DNA of 32,000 nucleotides from Akkermansia muciniphila ATCC BAA-835 (lineage in GTDB: Bacteria > Verrucomicrobiota > Verrucomicrobiia > Verrucomicrobiales > Akkermansiaceae): the NCBI RefSeq assembly GCF_000020225.1, contig NC_010655.1, positions 1,860,001-1,892,000 on the forward strand, given 5' to 3'. The translations under genes were made by a program, and so were the position numbers. Numbering within the stretch: position 1 is the first letter of the stretch; each line of letters starts with the position of its first letter. A model generated the notes under the pieces. It was not told the origin of the DNA, searched no databases, and was given only the letters and a program-made list of their open reading frames with translations. This document shows, piece by piece, positions 23,661 to 32,000 of this stretch.

Positions 23661-26600
23661 CTACTGCGGCTGGTCATTATTCTGTTCAACAGGCATGGAA
23701 ATGCCGATTTTATGTTCCCTGCTGTTGCCGCGGAGTTCCGGGGCGTACATGGCCTCAATGACGGCCGGAAGGGCGCTGAAGCGTCCCGGACGTTCCGCGC
23801 GCAGGCGGTGGCTGATCTGGTATTGGCCCATGGGCAGGGAGGAAAGGAAGAGGCATATTTCTTCATCCCCTATTTCCCTGTAGCCGAAGACGGTTCCCAG
23901 CCGGGCGTAGCCACTGGCGGTTTCCCGGGATTCGCAGCCTGCGGGCTTGGGATCCTGGAGCATGAGGTATTCCACGTCGTTCTTCGTTTTCACGGTCATC
24001 ACCACTTCAATGATGTCGCCGCTGGCGATGACGTCCCCGTTTTTCAACAGCGTGCGCCGTGTCAGGTCTCTGCCCTGGGAGACGAGCTCTCCTGCATCCG
24101 TCTGGGTGTCCTTCACGGAGCCGTTTTTCACCGTTTCCTTCCGGATGCGGTAATAGGAGCGTTCCACGGTGACGGCATTGCCAGCGGCGGGAATGGGGTC
24201 TTCCAGGGAGAAGTAGCTGAGCGTGGAATTGGCATAGATGTTCCCGCTGCCTTTTTTCCTGCGGATGGTGATGACGTGGCTGCCGTCCGCCAGGGCTTTC
24301 CCGCTCATGCGGAAAGCATTGTCAAAGGTGAACAGGGTTTCCTTCGTGCAGGAAACCGTTTTAACCGGAACGCCGTCATAAAGGATTTCCGCTTCCATGT
24401 CCTCCATGCCTTCCCTGGTCTGAAGGAGGTAGGCGGACAGGGCTTCCAGGCAATCCGCCGTATCCTTGGTGGAGTCCCAGTAGGAACCGTTGGCGCGGTT
24501 GTCGAGCAGCCATTTTGCCAGGCGCGCCGTGACGGGATTGCCGGGGGCGCTCTTGGACATCAGTTTCAGGTAGGCCGCCTGCGTGGCTGCGCTGCTGCCG
24601 TACCAGCGCCACCAGTATCCTGCATTGGGAAGGCGTAGCCAGGCGGTTTGCAGGGAATCGTCCTGCTGGAGGAATTGGGAGATGACAGGCATTACCTTGT
24701 TGAAGTCGTCCATGCGGTGGGCGTCCAGCAGGATTTCCGCCAGTTGAATCTGGCTGATGACGGGAAGTTCCAGCCTGTCACGGAACAGGTAGCGTTCCAT
24801 AGGCAGGTTTTTCACGCCGCATTCCGCCAGGACGGAGTAGACCAGGGTATCCGTCGCGGAGGCCGTCAGGCGGTAATTCCCCAGTTTGCGGAGGGCTTCC
24901 TTCTTTTCAGGTCCGTCCGGCAGTTGTTCCAGTTTCCGGAATTTGTCTCCTTGTTCAAGAAGAGCTGTCTGGCGTTCCTGATAGTTTTTCAGCCAGCGGA
25001 CAGCGCCGGAAAGCATGCCTTCCGGCACGTTGACCGTGTTTGAAGCAATTTTCAGGCCGTGAGCCACGTGGGCCGTCATGACGGGATCTCCCTCTTCCGC
25101 CCCTCCGAACCATCCCCAGGAGCCGTTGGAGAGCTGTTTTTCCCGGAGGGAGGAGATTCCCCTAGCAGCCATCTTTTTCAGCGCGGCTTCATCATAAACG
25201 GGGTTGCGTTCCAGTTTTTTCATGACGCTGTCATGGAAGGCCTTGTTCCTGATGTCCCGGGGATTCAGGCTGCGATGGCTTTTCAGCGCCGCTCCGGGAT
25301 TCAGGCCGAGCTGCTTGAGCGTGTCCGTCACGACGAGGGCGGGGAGGAAGCGGTTGAGCGTCTGTTCCACGCAGCCATAGGGGTATTCCGCCAGATAGGG
25401 CAGGGCCTCCACCATGCTGAGGGCGATGCTGGGGGAGACCTTGACGACCAGTTCGCTTTCCTCCCTGCGCCGCTGCTGCGGCAGGGAAATGGAAAGTGTC
25501 TTTTCCTGTTCTCCGGAGAGCACTGCGGCGCTTTCCGCATGGAGCTGCTTCATGCCGTGCACCAGTACGGGGAAGTTCATCTGCATGGCGTCTCCGGTAG
25601 AGCCAGCCGATGCTTCCATGGCGACGGCGGCGGTTCCCTCCCTGACGGCGGCAGCCCACCAGTTGACGACTGCCTGCCCCTGGGCAGGAACGTCCACTTC
25701 CCGCACGGCGGAATTATCCGTATCTGCGGAAAGCCCCTTCACGGCCGGATCGTCAGCCGGGAGAAGTTCCAGGCACCCGTCTTTCAGGGAAATGGAAACG
25801 CGGGCGCGGACAGCCTTTCCCGTCCGGTTGCGGACCAGGGCGCTGAGCATCACGATGTCTTTTTCCACAAAGAAGCGCGGGGCCTGCATGCTGACCATGA
25901 AGTCCTTCGTGGTCAGGAATTCCGCGGAAGCCTGCCCAACCTGCAATCCGGGGGTGATGACCCAGGCTGAGGCCTTCCATGTGGTCAGGTTGTCCGGCAT
26001 TTCCACGGGTACGGCAACGTTTCCTTCTTCATCCGTTTTGAGCGTGCCGCACCACTTGATGCAGTCCGCAAAATTGGTGCGCAGTTGAATGTGCGGGGAA
26101 CCGTTTTCCTGCGCGTCCGCATTTCCCTGTCCGTTTGCAAGGGACTCGCTTTCTGCACTTTCTTTGTCCGCGGCCATGGCCATGACCGGAACGGCGGCGG
26201 GGGCGGCCGCTCCTGTAGCCAATGCGCGGCTTGCGGCAGCATCAGCACCGGAATCGAACACTGCCTCCGCAAAGCCGTTAACGGTCCCTTTGGCCTTTCT
26301 CGCCATAGGTCCGTAATTTCTGTAGAGCAGGGATTGGAAAGAGGGCTGTCCCGGACCGCGATCCTGCTGCGTGCCGGAAGCCGTCATTTTTTTCAGGCTG
26401 AGGAAGCCAGTTTCGTTCAGTCTGCCCCATACGGTTTTGGAGATGTCCGTAATATTGGGGCGTGCGATGTATTCCAGAGCCTTGTCATAAACGGCCAGGG
26501 CGACGATGCCGTTACTGACGGGTTTGCCGTCAGGCCCCTTGACCTGAATGGTGACGTTGCCTTGTTCACCGGGCCGGTATTGGGATTTGCCCGGCACTAC

Positions 26601-29600
26601 GGAAGGAGCCAGAAGCTGTCCGGCGGGCGGAATCAGAAGTTCGGCGGAAGCCTCATGAAGTTCTCCGTTTCTGACGGTGAAGGCGTTGACTCCCATATTG
26701 GGCATATCTTCCCGGGTCAGGCGGCATTCCACAAGGGCTGTCTGCCGGTCCAGGGAAACCAGACGGCGGGATTCGTTTTTCCAGGAGTTGCGCAGGAAGG
26801 TCCAGACGCGGGCGTCCGGATAGTCAGAGGTGACGAGCAGCCTGGCCGTATCTCCCGGAGCGTATTCCTTTTTGTCCGGATGGATGGAAAGAGGATTGAT
26901 TTTAAAAGGATTCTGTTTGCCCTTGCCGTAGGAAAGAAACTGGAAGGATTCTTCCACCTTGTTGCCGTGCCCGTCCTCCAGGGTTGTGGAAAGGGCATAC
27001 AGGCCGGATTCCCCGGTCTGGAAGGACAGGGAGGCTTCCCCATCTTTCCTGGTGGCGATATCCCAGGTTTCCAGCGTTTCCCGTCTGCCGTCCGCACGGA
27101 TATGCTGCAGGACGCAGGTTCCCCTGGCATGGGCAATTTTGGCGCCATCCGCCGTGGCTGCGGTAATGGATGCCTGGACCGGCGTTCCGGCGGGGGCATA
27201 GCCGCGGTTCAGGGTGGTGAAGATATTAAACGGACGGAAAGTGGCAATGACTTGTCCGGAAGCGGAAACTTCCCGCAGGGAGGCGTCCGTCACGCTGACG
27301 GAAACGCGGTAGGTGACGTTGCTGGAGGGGAAATCCCGGGCATCCTGCGCCGTGGGTAATTCTACGGATGCTTTTCCGTCCTTGTCCAGCGGCACCGTCT
27401 TTTCCAGGACGGTCAGAGGCGCATCCGGGAAAAAGGGAATGTAGTACGGGCTGAAAGACCTGTCGTACAGCCAGCTCCATTTCCAGTAAGGCGTCCAGAT
27501 GTTCGCCCCCAGCGTCCGGGTGATGGTGATGGTTGCCTTCCCCCCGTTTACGGGGCCGCCCGCGTAATAATCCGCCTGAATGGCGACGGGAATGGGTTGT
27601 CCCAGCCGGATAGGTTTGGCGGGGGCATCCATTCTGACGGAGAATTCCGGCTTTTTATACTCTTCCATCCGGAAAAGGGGGGCATACAGCCGGAAATCCG
27701 GATCTGCGGAGTCATGCAGTTTCAGCTTGGCCCCATACTGGCCCAGCGGGGCGTCCGCGGGAATGAGCAGTTCCAGTTCAAAGCTGCCTGTGGAATCCGT
27801 CGTGACGGTCTTTGGAGGGAAAATGCTCTCATCCCCTGTTGGAGAGGCAATGGTCAGCGTCAGTTTTTTCCCGGCGCAGTCTTTTGTTCCGGGATTCGCG
27901 ATGTCCGGGCGGAAGAGGACGCCTTTGAAACGGGCCGTCTGTCCGGGGCGGTACACGGGCTGGCTTTCCAGGAAAAAGCAGGAATAGGAGTCGGAGGCCT
28001 TGTTGGCCGTATCCATGAGGTAATTGCCGGATTCCCAGCCGTAGTCAGATATTCCCGCCAGCACATAACTGTCCCCCTTGGAAACGATGCCCAGGAACAT
28101 GTTGTAGGGAGGGGCGCTGGAATGGCGGTGAGGGATTGTTTCTATCATGGCTCCGTCCTTGTCCGTGATTCCCTTTACCTGGCGTTTTTGGAGCGTTTTA
28201 TCCTGCCGGTAGCGGAGGAGCCGCAGGCTGCCTCCTTCCACGGGCATTCCCGTTCTGGCGTCCGCCAGGAACCAGAGATTGCCTTCCGGAACGGAACGGC
28301 GTACCAGCACCATGTCTGACAGAGTGAGAAAGCGATGGAACCGGTAGCCGTTTTCCAGTGTGACGGTGAGCAGGTACCAGCCGGGTTTGCGGGTGGGTAC
28401 GGGAATGTGAGCGATGTGGTTCAGGTGCCGGTTCCCGGGAGTCAGGGTTATCTCATCCCCCTTGATTTCCTCCCCCAGATAGCGGGCATAGGATGAGTCA
28501 TGCAACAGGCTGAAAAGCAGGTTCCCCAGGTTGGAATACCTGTCTTTGTAAGCTTTTCCCAGCGTTTTGGAGGTTTGGACCTTGTCCATGCGTTCTTCCT
28601 GCCACCGTTTCATATCCACGGGGCGGACCGCTACGCAGGCCCGGGAAGCGTTGCGGTAGGAGAAGGAAACAGTCACCGGTTCTCCCGCCAGCAGCGTTCT
28701 TTTATCCGTATCAAATGTTCCGTTGGGTTCCGTGATGGAGGCGATGCGTTTTTTCAGATTGTCCGCCACGTCCAGAAATTCCTCCTTGTCCTTTTTGTTC
28801 CAGGATTGTGCGTTCCAGGTTTGAAGGATTTTTCCTAAAAACTGCGCGGCAGCGGGCCTTTGGTTGCGGGCCAGGAACTCGTCCGCTGCCAGATTGGCGG
28901 CGTTAACGTAGTAATCCGGCTCCGGCGTTATTCGGACGGCGGAAGCAATCCGGATGAAATTATAATCCGGGGGAAGGTTGGTGAGCAGGAATTTACCGTT
29001 GCCCGTCCGGTCGGTTTTAACGATGGTCTGGTCCGTTTTTAATTCCGCCGGGTTGATGCCCGCCACCATGCCCGCGTTGCCGGGGCCGTACACGAATTCC
29101 TGGTCCGGCGCCGTATTGGCATAAGAAAACAGCCGGCGGCACCAGGAGGCGGTGAAATAATTGACCTGGTTGGCCAGTTCCGGATTCGCCTGAATGGCGG
29201 CGTCCAGCAGCCAGCGCATGCGTTCCCCGTCGTTTTTAGCTGTTTCCCAGGAGGAAGAAGCATGGTAAAAAATAACTTCCGGCTTTCCTGTTCCGGCATT
29301 GACCATGACGGGAACGGTGGCGACGTTTCGAAAAGGGGATGCTTCCTCTCTGGAGACGTAATCCGGCAATTCCTTCAGGTTGGTCAGGTTCCCCAGGGCT
29401 GCGTAAGACTGGAAGGCGGAAAGGGGAGCGTAGCGGTTTCCTTTAACCGGCAACGCCTGTGCCGTGATGAAGCGCAGTTGTCCCAGAAGTTTCATGTTGT
29501 TGCCCTTCTCCGCAAGCTGCATGGCTTTGACAAGGCACCGCAGGGCTTCCACACGGTCCCTTGCTTCTCCGGAATATTCTCCATCCCATGGCCCGGCGCC

Positions 29601-30038
29601 GCGGATATAGGCGCCGTCCACCAGTTTGAACGTATGGCAGGCACTCTGGTACAGGAGTGCGGCGTCCCTCAGGAAATGGGGATTGGCGCCGTGGCGCTTC
29701 ATCTGTTCCTGCAGAATGGAATCCAGATTGATGGAATCATCCAGGGCATTGAGACGGGTAAGAGCCTGGTAATAAAGAAGCAGATCTGTCCCGCTGTATT
29801 GGTCGTCATATTCATGGAGTTGTTTCAGGGCTTGTTCCGCCGCTTTCTTGAACAGCCTTTTGCCCAGAAGCTTTTCAAGGTTTTCAACAGCTTGCTTCCT
29901 TTGCTGCGGGGAAACAGGGGAATTTTTACCCTCCGCAAGGGCATGTTGTTGCGGAGGGGTGGATGCGTCCGCCGGGGACGGCATTCCGGAGGCCAGCAAT
30001 CCTGCCGCCAGAAAAAGAGCGGAAAAGAATCTGTTCAT
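23661..30038 (-). CDS. Bacterial alpha-2-macroglobulin family protein (2125 aa) with an intact thioester motif
   Basis: Signal peptide MNRFFSALFLAAGLLASGMPSPADAS. Long run of MG-type beta-sandwich sequence. Thioester site YPYGCVEQTLNRFLP (CVEQ encoded by the complement of 25362-25373). Terpenoid-cyclase-like TED region follows. Confidence 0.9.
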   Translation of the reverse strand: MNRFFSALFLAAGLLASGMPSPADASTPPQQHALAEGKNSPVSPQQRKQAVENLEKLLGKRLFKKAAEQALKQLHEYDDQYSGTDLLLYYQALTRLNALDDSINLDSILQEQMKRHGANPHFLRDAALLYQSACHTFKLVDGAYIRGAGPWDGEYSGEARDRVEALRCLVKAMQLAEKGNNMKLLGQLRFITAQALPVKGNRYAPLSAFQSYAALGNLTNLKELPDYVSREEASPFRNVATVPVMVNAGTGKPEVIFYHASSSWETAKNDGERMRWLLDAAIQANPELANQVNYFTASWCRRLFSYANTAPDQEFVYGPGNAGMVAGINPAELKTDQTIVKTDRTGNGKFLLTNLPPDYNFIRIASAVRITPEPDYYVNAANLAADEFLARNQRPAAAQFLGKILQTWNAQSWNKKDKEEFLDVADNLKKRIASITEPNGTFDTDKRTLLAGEPVTVSFSYRNASRACVAVRPVDMKRWQEERMDKVQTSKTLGKAYKDRYSNLGNLLFSLLHDSSYARYLGEEIKGDEITLTPGNRHLNHIAHIPVPTRKPGWYLLTVTLENGYRFHRFLTLSDMVLVRRSVPEGNLWFLADARTGMPVEGGSLRLLRYRQDKTLQKRQVKGITDKDGAMIETIPHRHSSAPPYNMFLGIVSKGDSYVLAGISDYGWESGNYLMDTANKASDSYSCFFLESQPVYRPGQTARFKGVLFRPDIANPGTKDCAGKKLTLTIASPTGDESIFPPKTVTTDSTGSFELELLIPADAPLGQYGAKLKLHDSADPDFRLYAPLFRMEEYKKPEFSVRMDAPAKPIRLGQPIPVAIQADYYAGGPVNGGKATITITRTLGANIWTPYWKWSWLYDRSFSPYYIPFFPDAPLTVLEKTVPLDKDGKASVELPTAQDARDFPSSNVTYRVSVSVTDASLREVSASGQVIATFRPFNIFTTLNRGYAPAGTPVQASITAATADGAKIAHARGTCVLQHIRADGRRETLETWDIATRKDGEASLSFQTGESGLYALSTTLEDGHGNKVEESFQFLSYGKGKQNPFKINPLSIHPDKKEYAPGDTARLLVTSDYPDARVWTFLRNSWKNESRRLVSLDRQTALVECRLTREDMPNMGVNAFTVRNGELHEASAELLIPPAGQLLAPSVVPGKSQYRPGEQGNVTIQVKGPDGKPVSNGIVALAVYDKALEYIARPNITDISKTVWGRLNETGFLSLKKMTASGTQQDRGPGQPSFQSLLYRNYGPMARKAKGTVNGFAEAVFDSGADAAASRALATGAAAPAAVPVMAMAADKESAESESLANGQGNADAQENGSPHIQLRTNFADCIKWCGTLKTDEEGNVAVPVEMPDNLTTWKASAWVITPGLQVGQASAEFLTTKDFMVSMQAPRFFVEKDIVMLSALVRNRTGKAVRARVSISLKDGCLELLPADDPAVKGLSADTDNSAVREVDVPAQGQAVVNWWAAAVREGTAAVAMEASAGSTGDAMQMNFPVLVHGMKQLHAESAAVLSGEQEKTLSISLPQQRRREESELVVKVSPSIALSMVEALPYLAEYPYGCVEQTLNRFLPALVVTDTLKQLGLNPGAALKSHRSLNPRDIRNKAFHDSVMKKLERNPVYDEAALKKMAARGISSLREKQLSNGSWGWFGGAEEGDPVMTAHVAHGLKIASNTVNVPEGMLSGAVRWLKNYQERQTALLEQGDKFRKLEQLPDGPEKKEALRKLGNYRLTASATDTLVYSVLAECGVKNLPMERYLFRDRLELPVISQIQLAEILLDAHRMDDFNKVMPVISQFLQQDDSLQTAWLRLPNAGYWWRWYGSSAATQAAYLKLMSKSAPGNPVTARLAKWLLDNRANGSYWDSTKDTADCLEALSAYLLQTREGMEDMEAEILYDGVPVKTVSCTKETLFTFDNAFRMSGKALADGSHVITIRRKKGSGNIYANSTLSYFSLEDPIPAAGNAVTVERSYYRIRKETVKNGSVKDTQTDAGELVSQGRDLTRRTLLKNGDVIASGDIIEVVMTVKTKNDVEYLMLQDPKPAGCESRETASGYARLGTVFGYREIGDEEICLFLSSLPMGQYQISHRLRAERPGRFSALPAVIEAMYAPELRGNSREHKIGISMPVEQNNDQPQ

Positions 30039-30175
30039 TCTGCCATGCTACTCCCAGGTAAAATCTTTGGCAAGTTGCAAGTAGGCTGCGGGAAAAGGGA
30101 GATTGTCTTAACGCTGTCAACAAGGCCGGGAGTGAGGGAAGGGGTATTCCATGATCAGACGTTTTTCCCCTTTCG

Positions 30176-31363
30176 TCATGCGTGCTGCAGATTACTGCAA
30201 CCCAGTCGGTAGATGGCCTGGATGTCCCGGACATCCAGCTTTTCCAGTCCGCCGACGGGGCCGCGCACACTGACGGCCTGTTCCGCCATCAGGGGGAAAT
30301 CCCCGGGAAGGATGTTCAGTTCTTCCATAGTCGTCGGAAGCCCTAATTCCCGGTAAAAACGTTCCAGGCGGGAAATACCTTCCCGGATGATGGCTGACGG
30401 TTCCCGGAAGGAACCTTCCACTCCCATCACATTGACGGCGAACTGCACGAATATTTCCTGGTGTTTGGGGGAAACATACTTCATCCAGGCCGGGGTGACG
30501 ACGGCCAGGCCTGCGCCGTGGTCCACATGGTACAGTGCGCTCAATTCGTGTTCCATGGCGTGGCAGCCCCAGTCCTGTTCGCGGCCTACCCCCAACAGGT
30601 TGTTGTGGGCGATGTTGCCGGAAAACGCGATTTCCGCCCAGGCGTTGTAATCATTCAGGTTCCCGTTCAGGATGCGGGCGTTTTTCATGATGGTGCGCAG
30701 GGTGGCCTCACAAAGGCTGTCGGAAAGGTCCGTATGCAGGGTTCTGGTGAAATAGCGCTCAAAAATGTGGCTCATCATGTCGCTGACGCCATTGGCCATC
30801 TGGCGGTGCGGGAGCGTAAAGAACAATTCCGGGTTGATAATGCTGAATACGGGGCGCAGTTTGGGGGAACCGTACCCCAGTTTTCTTCTGGTCTCTTCAT
30901 TGGTGATGACCGTATTCGGGCTGCTCTCGCTGCCCGCGGCGGGAATGGTCAGCACGGTTGCGACGGGCAGAGGGTCGGACTGAGGCTGTTTTTTGGAAAG
31001 GTATAGTTCCCATACGTCCCCTTCATGGGGAACGCCCAGCGCAATCGCTTTGGCGGAGTCAATCACGCTGCCTCCTCCCACGGCCAGCACGAGGCCCAGG
31101 CCGTGTTCCCGGCAGAGGCGGATGCCTTCATACACCAGGGGCAGCGTAGGGTTTGCCTGGACGCCTCCCAGTTCTTCATACTCCACGCCGGCGGCTTTTA
31201 AGGACGCCGTGACGGCATCGTAAAGACCGGAACGTCTGATGCTGCCGCTACCGTAATGAAGCAGGATTTTTTTGCCTAACGGCTTGAGAAGGGTTCCCGT
31301 TTCATGGTGGGTGCCTTTTCCGAAAATAAGAGTGGTTTTGTTATCGTAAACGAAATTGAGCAT
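30176..31363 (-). CDS. Iron-containing (group III) alcohol dehydrogenase, butanol-dehydrogenase/YqhD-like
   Basis: AVGGGSVIDSAKAIA nucleotide-binding motif and metal-ligand His cluster GCHAMEHELSALYHVDHGAGLA. Size 395 aa. Confidence 0.9.
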   Translation of the reverse strand: MLNFVYDNKTTLIFGKGTHHETGTLLKPLGKKILLHYGSGSIRRSGLYDAVTASLKAAGVEYEELGGVQANPTLPLVYEGIRLCREHGLGLVLAVGGGSVIDSAKAIALGVPHEGDVWELYLSKKQPQSDPLPVATVLTIPAAGSESSPNTVITNEETRRKLGYGSPKLRPVFSIINPELFFTLPHRQMANGVSDMMSHIFERYFTRTLHTDLSDSLCEATLRTIMKNARILNGNLNDYNAWAEIAFSGNIAHNNLLGVGREQDWGCHAMEHELSALYHVDHGAGLAVVTPAWMKYVSPKHQEIFVQFAVNVMGVEGSFREPSAIIREGISRLERFYRELGLPTTMEELNILPGDFPLMAEQAVSVRGPVGGLEKLDVRDIQAIYRLGCSNLQHA

Positions 31364-31856
31364 GGCGGGAATGATACGGCAACGCTACGGCCCTTCCGCC
31401 CCCTTCTCAAGATTTTTGTATGGCCTGTTCCCCTTTCCAGGGGGGGATGCTGTTCCGGAGGATATTCTCTCATGCAGGGGTTCTGTTCTTCTCTGTTTTT
31501 TCATCATTGGCTCATCTGGACGGAGCTTTCTGGAGGATTGTTTTCTTTCCGTTGTTTTTTGGCGACAAGATTCAGCGGAAATGACTCTCTGCGGGAGTGG
31601 CGGCGCCTTCCGGCCCCGAGGGGCCAGCGGAAGACGGTTATTTCATTATTCTGGGCCGCTTCCGGCAGGTAATCGGAACAATGGCCGTATTCGGCCAGGG
31701 ATGCGCGGAGAAAGGCGGGGAAACGGGAAGTTTCAGAAATCCGTAAAAATTATCCTGGTGAATACTGTTCAAAATCACGATGCATGGCATACTCCTCCTG
31801 CTTTTTGCTTGAGCGCGGAGGCCTTCCCGTTTATTGTCATGCACGGGCCATGTCCG

Positions 31857-31931
31857 GTCCCCGTAGTTCAATGGATAGAACGGGTCTCTCCTAAAGACTA
31901 GATGCAGGTTCGATTCCTGCCGGGGACGCCA
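31857..31931 (+). tRNA. tRNA-Arg (anticodon CCT)
   Basis: GTCCCCGTAGTTCAATGGATAGAACGGGTCTCTCCTAAAGACTAGATGCAGGTTCGATTCCTGCCGGGGACGCCA. It is 75 nt and forms a cloverleaf with anticodon loop CTCCTAA, T loop TTCGATT and an encoded CCA. Confidence 0.9.
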
Positions 31932-32000
31932 CCCAATATTATTCAGGGCCTTGCATCAGCATTAAAAACGCAGGGATTTTGCCTCTCTTGTGCGAGGTAT

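Noticed and set aside
23658-30212. Series of plus-strand ORFs (326, 131, 303, 224, 424, 240, 316 aa) opposite the A2M gene
   Set aside because: All lie antisense within one continuous 2125-aa gene that has a coherent family signature. None has protein-like composition.
31356-31901. 181-aa plus-strand ORF upstream of and through tRNA-Arg
   Set aside because: It reads straight through a well-formed tRNA gene and has non-protein-like composition.
1-32000. CRISPR arrays, IS elements or transposases, prophage genes, toxin-antitoxin pairs, multi-gene defence operons
   Set aside because: I found no regularly spaced direct repeats, no transposase, integrase or recombinase-like translation in any of the listed ORFs, and no small adjacent gene pairs of TA type.

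Overview
GC-rich chromosomal segment. The gene content (PEP-CTERM protein, giant bacterial alpha-2-macroglobulin, weak or absent Shine-Dalgarno sequences) looks like Verrucomicrobiota, possibly Akkermansia-like. That assignment is an unverified impression. I support about 19 CDS, 2 tRNAs and 3 intrinsic terminators. Most of the window is housekeeping: uvrB, rpmI-rplT, rseP, an addB-addA type helicase-nuclease pair, a stand-alone nuoA, a Cof-type HAD phosphatase, MFS and EamA transporters, and an Fe-alcohol dehydrogenase. Four things stand out. (1) A low-GC islet of about 1.3 kb (about 22370-23655) sits between two native genes. It holds one gene, colinear with DpnI/DRP-family methyl-directed (G6mATC) endonucleases, plus about 435 bp of extremely AT-rich DNA with no credible ORF. 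(2) A 15-bp palindrome, CGRATT-N3-AATYCG, occurs exactly four times. The copies form two inverted pairs, 167 and 157 bp apart, in two unrelated intergenic regions. (3) A 2125-aa alpha-2-macroglobulin has an intact CVEQ thioester motif but no lipobox and no pbpC neighbour. (4) Several smaller oddities are listed below: a roughly 55-aa UvrB insertion, a monocistronic nuoA, an ATTGCCGG octamer cluster, rpmI-rplT without infC, and a G8 tract. I see no CRISPR array, integrase, transposase or multi-gene defence operon. If something undescribed is here, the best candidates are the islet with its non-coding flank and the paired-palindrome sites. All functional calls come from reading the translations and recalling families, not from searches.
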